32,000 nt of DNA from Candidatus Velamenicoccus archaeovorus (GTDB lineage Bacteria > Omnitrophota > Gorgyraeia > Velamenicoccales > Velamenicoccaceae). Position 1 is the stretch's first letter; every line of letters begins with the position of its first letter. The position numbers and the translations under genes are program-made. The stretch lies in assembly GCF_004102945.1 (NCBI RefSeq), contig NZ_CP019384.1:1800001-1832000 (forward strand), read 5' to 3'. Positions 14,585 through 23,651 of the stretch are shown piece by piece. The notes under the pieces are model-generated. The model had not been told where the DNA came from. It did no database searches and saw only the letters and a list, made by a program, of their open reading frames with translations.

Positions 14585-16057
14585 TTAAATATGCTTCTCT
14601 CCTTTGACGGCGCCGGCTTCCCACTTGCCGACACCGGCCATGACATCCTTAAAACATAACTTCGCCAGCTCGTCGAAGTGACTGCCGAAGATCCTCTGCA
14701 TGCGGCCCGGCCGTGCATAAAACTCCCTCATGCCCCATGCGCCCAGGCGGCCCAAATCTTCTATGGATAAATGTTCCGTCGGAACGACCGGATGCAGGAA
14801 ATCCCATTTGAGCATATCCATCTTGTTGAGTTCAACCCAGCCACGCCGGACAGCATCTCTCCAGAGGGGGGAACCCGGCGGAGGGGTCAGATACCCCACC
14901 CACATCACGTCCGGATCCACCTTTTCGGCGAATGCAAAGCGTTCTTTGACGATCTCTTCGGTATCGTAATCGAAGCCGATCATGATATCCCCGACGATCG
15001 CGATGTCGTTCTTGCGCAGGATATTGATGGTCTTATAAATCTGGCCGACCGTGATGCCTTTGTCCAGACGGCGCAGTTCGTCGTCATTGGCCACTTCAAT
15101 ACCGAAGACCCCCATGAACATACCGGCCTTTTTCATGAGAGGCACATCCTGCTCGAGCCTGACCCAATCGCTCGCGCAGCCGAGGCTCACCCACTTCATG
15201 CTGAGCCCCCTTTTGATCTTTTCTTCGCAAAATTCCCGCACCCTCCTGCCGTTGATGTTGAAATTATCCTCCTGGATCACCATCACCTTCGTTCCGAACT
15301 TCTTTTCCAATAGCTCCACTTCATCAACGACGCGCTTGGCGGATTTGGCGCGCCAGCGGTTAAAGTTTTTGATGGCACGGGGGTCGTGCTCGCTCCATTC
15401 ATAGCAAAACGCGCACCCATGCGTGCAGCCGCGGGATGTGACGACCTCGACGAATGGTTTCCAGTAGGTATGGCCCACGTATTTATCCATCGGGAACAAA
15501 TCGTAAGCAGGCAACGGCAGAATATCCAAGTCTTCTATGAGCTCGCGCACCGGTCCCCAGACGACCTTTCCGTCTTTCCTTGAGGCCAGCCCCGGGATAT
15601 CCTCGAAACGGGCCTGTCCTTTTTGCAGGGCTTCTGCCAGTTCGCAAAAGGTAATCTCTCCCTCGCCCATCACGACGAAATCTATCGCCGGATTCTGTTC
15701 GAGCGTCTCCGTGCTCAAAGAGGAATACCAGAGTCCTCCCACGACAATCTTGACCGACGGGAGTTTTTTCTTTATTCCCGCCGCTGCTTCATTGAAATAT
15801 TTCTGGACGGCAAACCCGCCGTAAGAATGCAGGATATCGCCCAACACGACGACATCAGGATTCTTATCCTTGACGATCTCCAGCATATGTTCGAAGGGAA
15901 TGCTCAAGACCTTGCAATCCAAAACTTCCACCTCTGCGGCACCGTGTTCGCGCACATAAGCCGCCCACTGGGCATGCATCTGATTGGGGGCGACATGGTG
16001 TCCGTGCGTCGCCCACGAACCCAGTTGCGGCGTCACAAACAAAATCTTCACGACCAA
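14585..16057 (-). CDS. B12-binding-domain radical SAM protein (class B type)
   Basis: 490 aa. The N-terminal Rossmann-like region (KILFVTP...DVVVLGD...VVGG) is followed by the radical SAM motif CTHGCAFC (CxxxCxxC). Confidence 0.8.
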   Translation of the reverse strand: MVVKILFVTPQLGSWATHGHHVAPNQMHAQWAAYVREHGAAEVEVLDCKVLSIPFEHMLEIVKDKNPDVVVLGDILHSYGGFAVQKYFNEAAAGIKKKLPSVKIVVGGLWYSSLSTETLEQNPAIDFVVMGEGEITFCELAEALQKGQARFEDIPGLASRKDGKVVWGPVRELIEDLDILPLPAYDLFPMDKYVGHTYWKPFVEVVTSRGCTHGCAFCYEWSEHDPRAIKNFNRWRAKSAKRVVDEVELLEKKFGTKVMVIQEDNFNINGRRVREFCEEKIKRGLSMKWVSLGCASDWVRLEQDVPLMKKAGMFMGVFGIEVANDDELRRLDKGITVGQIYKTINILRKNDIAIVGDIMIGFDYDTEEIVKERFAFAEKVDPDVMWVGYLTPPPGSPLWRDAVRRGWVELNKMDMLKWDFLHPVVPTEHLSIEDLGRLGAWGMREFYARPGRMQRIFGSHFDELAKLCFKDVMAGVGKWEAGAVKGEKHI

Positions 16058-16080
16058 CCTCGCTTATTTTCTGTAACCGA

Positions 16081-17379
16081 TTATATCTTTAACGTTATCT
16101 GTGAATAAACCCAATCGACATCGTCGTGGGATCCTGTGTCCTTGACATAACCGCCGCAAAAAAAGTGGGCGTAACCACATTCGGCCTTCACGTTCTTGCT
16201 GAAATCGTAAAATACGCGCAAGGAGGCTTCCGTGCCGACATAAGAGCTGCGGTCGCCGCTCGTCTTGGTCCGCACGACCACGCCGCTGGAGTTATACCAG
16301 GAGTCATTGGTGTTCTGAAGCCAAAAAAGATCGACCTGGGGCTTGAGCTTCAACTTGCTCGTCGGAGAAAGCGTCAGGCTAAGCTCGGGATTGCGCACGT
16401 TCTGCCACCGGAAGAAATCCAGAAGACCGTAGGGATCGTGGGTAGACTGGTAAAGAGGATTAAAAGTATTCGTCGTGCCGTCGCCTACTTTTTTGTCGCC
16501 CGAGGCCTCGTCGTAGCTGACAGCCACCTGCGGCTTCCAGGCGATCTCTCCAAAAGTCTTGGAGACATCCAGGTGGAATGCATACGCGCTGATGTCCCGG
16601 TTTTGCGTCCTGCCGAACTGATACGGCGCTTCCATGTCATAATCCAGACCAAGCGCGCGGCCGGTGAGACGAAAGCCTATCGTATAGCGGCGCGTCCTGG
16701 GCGAAGAAGACGTCACATCCTGGGACAAAAAATACCCTTCTGTCGTCACATTCGTCTTTTGCGCCTTATAGCCCCCGTAAACACCGGTCAGAGACTCAAC
16801 ATGGCTTGAGACATTAAGGTTATTATCGTTGTATTTGACATCCTGACCGTAAAGGATGTCGGCATAAAAAGCGTCATTGTGATAACGGATGACGCCGCCG
16901 TCAAAAGACCTGATGCGGTTGGCCCATGTGGGCGCGGCGACCAGGCGGCCCTTGCCGTATTTGAATTCCTGGCGGCCGGCCTTGACATCAACGCCAGAGC
17001 CTCCTATGTCGATAAAATTCACAAAGGCCTGGTGCAGGTCAAAATCATCCACCTGGCCGGAATTCGCCTTGATCTGGTAGGCGCCTGTCTGGGCATCCAG
17101 CATTTCGATATAAATATCCACCTTGGGGTCAAGGTATTCATCCGTCAGCGCCGCATCAAAACCGACGCGCAAACGCTGATAAAACTGGCTGCCCGTATCT
17201 TTTTTGCTTTTGTCGAAATCAAAATCATGCTTGTATTCATAACGGAACCTGTCTTCGGCATTCCAGGCTGTCCGCCACTGCAGAAATTGCCCCGCCGACG
17301 ACGTCTCCTGGGCAAAAGAAGGAGCAATCCCCGCGATGAGCCCGAACAAAACGGCCAACAAAACAAGACCTTTCCTCAT
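16081..17379 (-). CDS. Alginate-export (AlgE-like) family outer-membrane beta-barrel
   Basis: 432 aa with a signal peptide ending in APSFA, cleaved before Q. The family motif is GRQEFKYGKGRLVAAPTWANRIRSFDG. The C-terminus is aromatic-rich (YSQITLKI). Confidence 0.75.
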   Translation of the reverse strand: MRKGLVLLAVLFGLIAGIAPSFAQETSSAGQFLQWRTAWNAEDRFRYEYKHDFDFDKSKKDTGSQFYQRLRVGFDAALTDEYLDPKVDIYIEMLDAQTGAYQIKANSGQVDDFDLHQAFVNFIDIGGSGVDVKAGRQEFKYGKGRLVAAPTWANRIRSFDGGVIRYHNDAFYADILYGQDVKYNDNNLNVSSHVESLTGVYGGYKAQKTNVTTEGYFLSQDVTSSSPRTRRYTIGFRLTGRALGLDYDMEAPYQFGRTQNRDISAYAFHLDVSKTFGEIAWKPQVAVSYDEASGDKKVGDGTTNTFNPLYQSTHDPYGLLDFFRWQNVRNPELSLTLSPTSKLKLKPQVDLFWLQNTNDSWYNSSGVVVRTKTSGDRSSYVGTEASLRVFYDFSKNVKAECGYAHFFCGGYVKDTGSHDDVDWVYSQITLKI

Positions 17380-17382
17380 GAC

Positions 17383-17961
17383 CTATCTTCCTTTCTTTAA
17401 GATGCCATGCGCCCATATATCCAAAACAGCCTGGAGGGCCTCATCAAAACTCAAGCGCTCCTGTTCCAAAAATCTCGGACTGATGATGGCCTTGACAGAC
17501 CCCAGATACGCCTGGACAGCCACCGAAGCCGGAACTTTACGCAAAACCCCCCTCTTGATCCCTTTTTCCACAAGAGACCGGATTTCCAGGATCTTTTCAT
17601 TCCTGTAACGCAGGAACTCTTTCCATAGATCGGGGAGCTCGAGCGCGATCTCCTTGAAAAAATGTTCGAACCAGGGCCCGAGGGTCCTGCGCAAAAGCAG
17701 GATGCTGCCGGAGAATACCCTCAAGGGATCTTTCTCCCGCCGCTCCAGATCATCGAGGCCCCTGTTGATGTCTTCCTGCAGACGCTTGACCAGCCCCTTG
17801 GCGATCTCTTCCTTGCCGACAAATATCTTGTAGATCGTGTTTTTGCTCGCCCGCAGATCCTGGGCGATCTCGTCCATCGTCACCTTGCGGTAACCAAACC
17901 GGATCATGCGCGCCTGCGCCGCGTCTAAAATTTTTTCCTTTAATGAGGATGCGTGGATCAT
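17383..17961 (-). CDS. TetR/AcrR family transcriptional regulator
   Basis: The N-terminal HTH is ILDAAQARMIRFGYRKVTMDEIAQDLRASKNTIYKIF. Its stop lies 4 nt before the start of the outer-membrane barrel gene. Confidence 0.9.
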   Translation of the reverse strand: MIHASSLKEKILDAAQARMIRFGYRKVTMDEIAQDLRASKNTIYKIFVGKEEIAKGLVKRLQEDINRGLDDLERREKDPLRVFSGSILLLRRTLGPWFEHFFKEIALELPDLWKEFLRYRNEKILEIRSLVEKGIKRGVLRKVPASVAVQAYLGSVKAIISPRFLEQERLSFDEALQAVLDIWAHGILKKGR

Positions 17962-18043
17962 GGGAACCTCCCGGAGAGAACTCCGCTAGAGAACGATATT
18001 TTCTAACGGAGTAAACCTATAATACTGATTTGGTATTTTTAGT

Positions 18044-18072
18044 ATTCTACAAGGCCGAGGGCTTGCTGTCAA
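18044..18072 (-). promoter_or_regulatory. Near-consensus sigma70 promoter for the TetR-headed cluster, with overlapping inverted repeat
   Basis: On the minus strand: TTGACA (18067-18072), 17-nt spacer, TAGAAT (18044-18049). An inverted repeat AATACT (18021-18026) / AGTATT (18041-18046) overlaps the -10 box and the likely start-site region. Confidence 0.55.
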
Positions 18073-18159
18073 TGAATTTTTTAGGGCACTCTGTTTGTAT
18101 CGGGACAGGATGAAGACTGGGCCCTTAGGGCCTGGCCCTAAAAGGCCGGGCTCCCCGGG

Positions 18160-18687
18160 CTAAGCTTTCTTAAGGAAGGCCAGGATGGCGGAAAGGATCT
18201 GTGCGGGAGATGGCGGACAGCCGGGGATATGCAGGACGACGGCGCCGATGAGGCCCCGGATGCCCTCAGGATGCCGGTAATAGGAGGCGCCGAACCCCCC
18301 TCCGTCCAAAGCGCAGTCTCCAACGGTAATCACGAATTTCGGGCCGGGCATTGCCTCATAGGTTCTTTTGAGGGCCAGCGCCATGTTACGCGAGAGCGCG
18401 CCTGTCACCACAAGGGCGTCGGCGTGGCGCGGAGAGGCGACAAAATCAATCCCGAAACGCTGGATATCATAGACAGGATTACTCAATGCCGTCATCTCTG
18501 ACTCGCAGGCCCCGCAAGAGCCTGTGTCCACCTCGCGCAGATGCAGAGAGCGGCCGTAGAGGGAAAGGATGGTTTTCTTAAGCTCTTGGCCGATATCCTC
18601 AACCTCGGAACAGGAAGGAATGTCCGGCAAGGTCTTTCTTTCGGTCAAAAGGCCTTTCAAAATACTGTTTTTTATTATCGTCCACAT
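18160..18687 (-). CDS. NuoB/HycG-like small subunit of a group-4-hydrogenase-related complex
   Basis: 175 aa. The Fe-S ligand motifs GSCGACE, GDCALDGG and PGCPP are retained. Confidence 0.85.
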   Translation of the reverse strand: MWTIIKNSILKGLLTERKTLPDIPSCSEVEDIGQELKKTILSLYGRSLHLREVDTGSCGACESEMTALSNPVYDIQRFGIDFVASPRHADALVVTGALSRNMALALKRTYEAMPGPKFVITVGDCALDGGGFGASYYRHPEGIRGLIGAVVLHIPGCPPSPAQILSAILAFLKKA

Positions 18688-19030
18688 TTCTTATTTACCT
18701 CATTGCCTGCCGGTGAGACGGCACAGGACCAACTATGTCTCTGGGTAACGGTCATAAGGCCCGTTTAAAGTATATATAATGACGAATTCCTAAATCCAAA
18801 TGCCTAATAAATGCCGAATTCTCAAAACCGAAACCTTTCCGTATTTTTGTCCCTAGGAATTTGGATTTTATTTGTCATTGGAACTTAGAAATTCGAAACT
18901 GTCTTGAGGCGTAGTGTTAACATCGTGCCCCTGGGTCATCACCGTAGCCGTTACCAAATCCAAAAAACGACATGGCCGACAAAAAAATCTTATTGAATCA
19001 AAAGGTTCATTGTTGATGAAAGATGTCCTA

Positions 19031-20611
19031 TTAAAGATCGTTACCTGCATAAGACAAATCGAAACTTTTGTTGCAGACGGGAAAATCAGGGATGATATTC
19101 CCCAGGACGGCAAACGACAAACCGGGCCAATTATGGAATGAGGGGTCGACAATCTTGCAGCGATCAATCTGTCCGTCGGCCACCTTGACCCAATAAAGAA
19201 CAGGCCCTCTCCATGCCTCCACGGCGCCGAGGGCGCATGCCGGCGCGGCAAGAGAAAAATTCGCGGCCAAGGCCCCCTCTATGTCCGCCAGCCTGTCGGC
19301 AAAATAGATGATCAGGCGCGCCGACTCATCAACCTCCTCCATCCTGACTCGGAGACGAGAAAGAACATCTCCTCTTTCCTGCGTGATCATGCGGAAATCG
19401 GACCCCGCATAGACATCCGGAAAGGTCTTGCGCAGGTCGACGGCGATCCCGGAGGCGCGGGCCGCCAGGCCCACAATCCCTAAGTCCCGTGCCGTCTTTT
19501 GACGCAGAACGCCGGTATCGTCAACGCGATCCATGAACGAGACGCTTGCCAACAGCATCTGCTTAAGTTCCCCATGATCGTCGCAAACAGACAAAATCTC
19601 GCACAACAGCGCCTGGATATCCTGGCGCGAAAACGCGCGGCGAACCCCTCCGATGCGGTTGACACCTTTAAGATAGCGGCTGCCGGTTAAACGTTGGTTC
19701 AACCGCAGGATCTTCTCCTTGAGAACAGAGGCGAATTGCGCCGCAAAGCTGAATCCCACATCCACGGCGATACCGCCGATATCGGCGAAATGATTATAAA
19801 GTCTCTCCAGCTCAAGGCAGATCGCCCGTTCGTACAGCGCCCGGGCAGGAACTTTCAGGGCCGATGCTTTTTCGACAGCCTGACAAAACGCCCAGCTATG
19901 GCCGAAAGCGGTGTCGCCGGCCACGCACTCGGCCAGCCCGACCGCATCGTCAAACGTCTTATGCTCAAAAACTTTTTCGACACCGCGATGCGTAAAACCC
20001 AGGCGGATCTCCAGATTGACGATCGGCTCGCCGGCGGCGCTGAAACGGAAGTGGCCCGGACCGATGATGCCGGCGTGGACCGGACCGACAGGCACCTCAA
20101 AAATCCCTTCGCCGGCGACGCGATTGAAGCCGTAGACACCATCCGGCGCGACATGCGCCGGAAGAACAAAATCTTTTCTCAGGGGGAACAACCCCTTCGG
20201 CCAGACCTCGTCATGCAGATGCAGGCGTCTCTTATCAGGATGCCCCTGCGGCTCCAGACCGAACATCTCCTGGATCTCGCGCTCAAAAAAACTCGCCGAG
20301 TGAATATCCCGTGCCAGGGATGGGAACAACGGCCTGTCCTGCGGGATATCGGCGGTAAAGATACACCATTTCTGGAAGTCGCGGGCCAGAAAAACGCAAT
20401 AAATCTCGAACGCATTCTTGGCAACTCTTTCGTCGGCCGCAAACATGGCCATGACCGCCGATGAAAACGTCTTGTGCGCAAAAAGGCAGGCGCGATGAAA
20501 ATCCTCAAGCTTGAGACGGATAACAACCTCATCGGGATGAAGCTCGAAGGTCTCAACGATCATGACGCCCTGTGCCCTTAATTCCTCTATCACGCCCATG
20601 AATGTCTTCAT
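19031..20611 (-). CDS. Fused NuoC+NuoD / HycE-like large subunit lacking all four Ni-Fe cysteine ligands
   Basis: 526 aa. The NuoC-like N-terminus contains FFEREIQEMFGLEPQGHPD. The HycE-like core contains GPVHAGIIGPGHFRF and RLGFTHRGVEK. AECVAGDTAFGH (19898-19933) sits where RxCGxCxxxH is expected. The C-terminus FDLSYAGNDL (19034-19063) sits where DPCxxCxxR/H is expected. Confidence 0.85.
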   Translation of the reverse strand: MKTFMGVIEELRAQGVMIVETFELHPDEVVIRLKLEDFHRACLFAHKTFSSAVMAMFAADERVAKNAFEIYCVFLARDFQKWCIFTADIPQDRPLFPSLARDIHSASFFEREIQEMFGLEPQGHPDKRRLHLHDEVWPKGLFPLRKDFVLPAHVAPDGVYGFNRVAGEGIFEVPVGPVHAGIIGPGHFRFSAAGEPIVNLEIRLGFTHRGVEKVFEHKTFDDAVGLAECVAGDTAFGHSWAFCQAVEKASALKVPARALYERAICLELERLYNHFADIGGIAVDVGFSFAAQFASVLKEKILRLNQRLTGSRYLKGVNRIGGVRRAFSRQDIQALLCEILSVCDDHGELKQMLLASVSFMDRVDDTGVLRQKTARDLGIVGLAARASGIAVDLRKTFPDVYAGSDFRMITQERGDVLSRLRVRMEEVDESARLIIYFADRLADIEGALAANFSLAAPACALGAVEAWRGPVLYWVKVADGQIDRCKIVDPSFHNWPGLSFAVLGNIIPDFPVCNKSFDLSYAGNDL

Positions 20612-22071
20612 AGCCCCCCTCCCGTGACAAGGCGGGATGCAGCAACAAGCAATGCCTGCAACGGTGTCGGCATCATGACGCCCAAAAGAACCAGAAGAAG
20701 CGCCAAGGACACAAAGACCAGTTTCATGCTTAGGGCCTCACCGCCGGACTCTATCCCTTTGGGCTTATGTCCGAATATCGATGCGCTCAAATGGAACATC
20801 AGGGCGCCGAAAACAACCGCCAGAAAAAGCAAAAGCAGGACCGCCGGGCCGTAGAGCCCCTTCTGGAAGCAGGCCGAGAGGATCATGAGCTTGCTCATAA
20901 AAATCCCAAATGGCGGCATCCCAACGAGGCTGAGGAGCCCGACAAGGGCCGCCGCCGCCGTAAAGGGAAGCGTCTGGACCAGACCGTGGATCATGTGAAG
21001 ATGATGCGTCTTGTATTTCTTGACGGCGTTGCCTGCCGCAAAGAAAACCAGCGATTTGGTCACCGCATGGTTCAAGGCATGGAACATGGAGCCGAAAACT
21101 GCCAAGGGCGTCCCCACGCCCAGGGCGAAAACGATGATGCCGACATGCTCGATACTGCTGTACGCCAAAAGGCGCTTGAAGTCCTTTTGGGCCAGCAAGA
21201 AAATTCCGGCGACAGCGACCGAGAAGAGCCCGAAGAAAATGAAAAGACGCGACGTAAATTCCGGCCCCATCGCCTTGTTGGTGATCATGGCGAACCGGAT
21301 GATCGCATAGAGAGAGGTCTTCAGAAGCACGCCCGAAAGCAAGGCGCTGACCGGGGTCAAGGCCTGGCTGTGGGCGTCAGGCAGCCAGGTGTGCATCGGC
21401 GCCAGGCCCGCTTTTGTGCCATATCCGACCAAGATGAACAAAAAGGCCACGCTCATAATCCGGGGATTAAGGCCTGCTGCGCGGCCCATGATGACGGACC
21501 AGTCGAGGGTCTTTGTGCCCGCCTGGGCGGCCACGGCATAATAGACCAGGACCGTCCCCAGGAGAGCGAGCGTGATCCCTACCGAACAGATGATGACATA
21601 TTTCCATGCGGCTTCAACGGATGCCTTCGTATTGTAAAACCCGACGAGGAATGCCGATGCCAGTGTTGTCAGCTCCACGGCCACCCACATATGTCCCAGA
21701 TTGTCCAAAAGGGGCACCAAAAGCATGGTGGCGGCAAAGACATTGAAAAGAATATCGTAGCCGCGGGCCTGCCTGACGGACAGGGCGCCTCCATCGATGT
21801 CTTCCTGCAGATAAGGCCGGGAATACACAAGGGCCGCCAAGTTGATCAAACTGATCAGGAGAATGAAAAAAGCGCTCAAGGCATCGGCCCGCAGGACGCC
21901 GCCGAAAGCAACAATGCCGCTTCCCGGGGAGATGCGATAAGCCAATATACCTGCCAAGGCGAGGAGGACGCCATGCGCCGCAAGATTGGCCATACCGCGC
22001 AGACGCGCAGGCAAAAGGGCCGAGAGAACAGCGGCCAGCACCGGAATAATGACGATCGAAAAAAGCAACAT
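20608..22071 (-). CDS. NuoM/NuoN/HyfF-like antiporter-type membrane subunit
   Basis: 487 aa and polytopic. WVAVELTTLASAFLVGF and the LAPMHTWLPDAH motif are typical of Mrp/NuoMN-type subunits. It has a 4-nt overlap with the large-subunit gene. Confidence 0.85.
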   Translation of the reverse strand: MLLFSIVIIPVLAAVLSALLPARLRGMANLAAHGVLLALAGILAYRISPGSGIVAFGGVLRADALSAFFILLISLINLAALVYSRPYLQEDIDGGALSVRQARGYDILFNVFAATMLLVPLLDNLGHMWVAVELTTLASAFLVGFYNTKASVEAAWKYVIICSVGITLALLGTVLVYYAVAAQAGTKTLDWSVIMGRAAGLNPRIMSVAFLFILVGYGTKAGLAPMHTWLPDAHSQALTPVSALLSGVLLKTSLYAIIRFAMITNKAMGPEFTSRLFIFFGLFSVAVAGIFLLAQKDFKRLLAYSSIEHVGIIVFALGVGTPLAVFGSMFHALNHAVTKSLVFFAAGNAVKKYKTHHLHMIHGLVQTLPFTAAAALVGLLSLVGMPPFGIFMSKLMILSACFQKGLYGPAVLLLLFLAVVFGALMFHLSASIFGHKPKGIESGGEALSMKLVFVSLALLLVLLGVMMPTPLQALLVAASRLVTGGGL

Positions 22072-22077
22072 CGGCCC

Positions 22078-22713
22078 CTATCCCTTTAAATCCGTTAAAC
22101 GGTGGACCTCTATGTGCGTAAAAACCTTGTTGATGCGGTACATAAAAATCCCCGTGATGATCGCGCAGACAAAAACGTCAAAGGCGATGACGATCTCGAC
22201 GAAAAACGGCATCCCGCCGGCGATGGAGCTCGCCAAAAGGAATATACCGTTCTCCATCACCAGAAGCCCGACAATCTGTGTGAGGGCCTTCATCCGGAAG
22301 ACCATGATGAAAAACCCGACCAAAACGACCGTGATGGAAACGACAAAGGCCGCAAAGACGACGGCCGGACTGTCGCTCACCAACCATGCGCAAAAAACCG
22401 CAGCCCCCCACGTCAAGAACAAGGCGGCGATCAACGACAAAAGAGGATTCAGGAACAACCCCAAGCGTTCATCCACCCTGATCTTTTTGACAAGATGATT
22501 CAAAAATGACGGAATCAGGATCACCTTCACCAGAAGCAAGAGCCCGGCGACGACGAAGACGCCTGCTTCCTTTTGCCGCACGGCAAAATCAAGCGTGACC
22601 AGGAAAAGAAATAAGGATTGCAGGCGGAAATTCTGGATCAACGCCGGGATCCTGTGACAGACAAGCATCGCGTACGTCAAGATCATGATTCCCGTTAGCA
22701 AAAAAAGCGTCAT
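22078..22713 (-). CDS. HyfE-like membrane subunit (NuoK-related)
   Basis: 211 aa and hydrophobic. GLLVMENGIFLLA is typical of the hydrogenase-4 component E family. Confidence 0.7.
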   Translation of the reverse strand: MTLFLLTGIMILTYAMLVCHRIPALIQNFRLQSLFLFLVTLDFAVRQKEAGVFVVAGLLLLVKVILIPSFLNHLVKKIRVDERLGLFLNPLLSLIAALFLTWGAAVFCAWLVSDSPAVVFAAFVVSITVVLVGFFIMVFRMKALTQIVGLLVMENGIFLLASSIAGGMPFFVEIVIAFDVFVCAIITGIFMYRINKVFTHIEVHRLTDLKG

Positions 22714-22728
22714 TGTGTCATACCTCTG

Positions 22729-23646
22729 TTAATATCCCAGGCCTGAGACCACCAAGGCCAGGACGGAAAACAGGAAAGCAAGCCCCAAAAAATCAGTAAC
22801 CCTGAACAGCCTCATCTTTGCGAGGCCGATCTCCGTCAAACCCACGACGATGGCGCAAAGGATTATCTTTAAAACAAAAAATGCCGCACAGGCGACAGCA
22901 GACAACCCCGAAGAACTCCCTATCGGCCACGGCCAGAGGATGGCCCCCAGGAGCGAAAACCAGATCAACTGTTTGGCGTGCGCGGCCGTCTCCAGCATGG
23001 CCAGCGACGGTCCTGAATATTCCAGGAGCATCGCTTCGTGGATCATCGTCAATTCCAGATGCGTCTCCTGGTTGTCGACGGGAATCCGCGATGTTTCCGC
23101 AAGCACGACCATGAAAAGCGAGGCGGCTGCGATCATGCCGGAAAAAGACATGCCCATGGAACGCACCAACGGCTCGGCGGCGGAAGAAGAGCTGTGCGCG
23201 GCGACAACGGCGACGGCCAGAACAGCCGCAGGTTCCACAAAGCTGGCGATAAACATCTCGCGCGAAGACCCCATCCCCCCGAAGGCGCTGCCCGCATCCA
23301 GGCCAGCCAACGCCAGAAAAAAACGCCCCAGAGAAAAAAGGAAAAAGAGCGACAAGACATCGCCCATACCCGCCGCAGACAGGGAAAACGAGAAAACAGG
23401 AACAAACATGAGCGCGGCCAGCGTCGAACCCAGGACCACGGAAGGTGTCCAGCGAAAAATCCACGATGCCGTTTCGGAAACGACCTCCTCTTTTCTCATG
23501 TATTTGGCGATGTTGCGGTAGGGCTGCACGAGCGCAGCCCCCTGGCGCATCCGCAGGGCATTCTTCACCCGGCGGACGAAACCGCTGACCAACGGCGCAG
23601 CGAGAACCGCGATGCCTGCCTGCAATAAAAGCAAGGGTATCTTCAT
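22729..23646 (-). CDS. NuoH/HycD/HyfC-like membrane subunit
   Basis: The ORF extends to 23715. I prefer the ATG at 23646 (MKIPLLLLQ), 5 nt after the upstream stop. RMRQGAALVQPYRNI and MLLEYSG are typical of HycD/NuoH. Confidence 0.8.
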   Translation of the reverse strand: MKIPLLLLQAGIAVLAAPLVSGFVRRVKNALRMRQGAALVQPYRNIAKYMRKEEVVSETASWIFRWTPSVVLGSTLAALMFVPVFSFSLSAAGMGDVLSLFFLFSLGRFFLALAGLDAGSAFGGMGSSREMFIASFVEPAAVLAVAVVAAHSSSSAAEPLVRSMGMSFSGMIAAASLFMVVLAETSRIPVDNQETHLELTMIHEAMLLEYSGPSLAMLETAAHAKQLIWFSLLGAILWPWPIGSSSGLSAVACAAFFVLKIILCAIVVGLTEIGLAKMRLFRVTDFLGLAFLFSVLALVVSGLGY

Positions 23647-23651
23647 TACTG

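Noticed and set aside
14491-14718. N-terminal extensions offered by the ORF track. Examples are the acyltransferase to 14718, DUF486 to 10849, amzA to 26390, the NuoH-like gene to 23715, and the secreted protein to 28074.
   Set aside because: The extensions overlap the upstream genes or consist of Arg/Pro/Gly-rich non-conserved sequence. Internal ATGs coincide with the conserved family N-termini and give tidy gene spacing.
18916-18972. 18-codon minus-strand ORF (MSFFGFGNGYGDDPGARC) inside the AT-rich gap between the large- and small-subunit genes.
   Set aside because: There is no SD upstream. It is very short and has no recognisable peptide family. The region has stops in all frames, so the ORF is probably chance.
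20767-22089. 440-aa + strand ORF antisense to the NuoMN-like gene. Similar long antisense ORFs occur at 11144-12067, 5650-6207, 16126-16809, 19694-20464, 22850-23521 and 26754-27509.
   Set aside because: All are mirror-frame ORFs inside confidently assigned minus-strand genes. They are Arg, Gly, Pro and Gln-rich, have no recognisable domains, and lack SD or promoter context.
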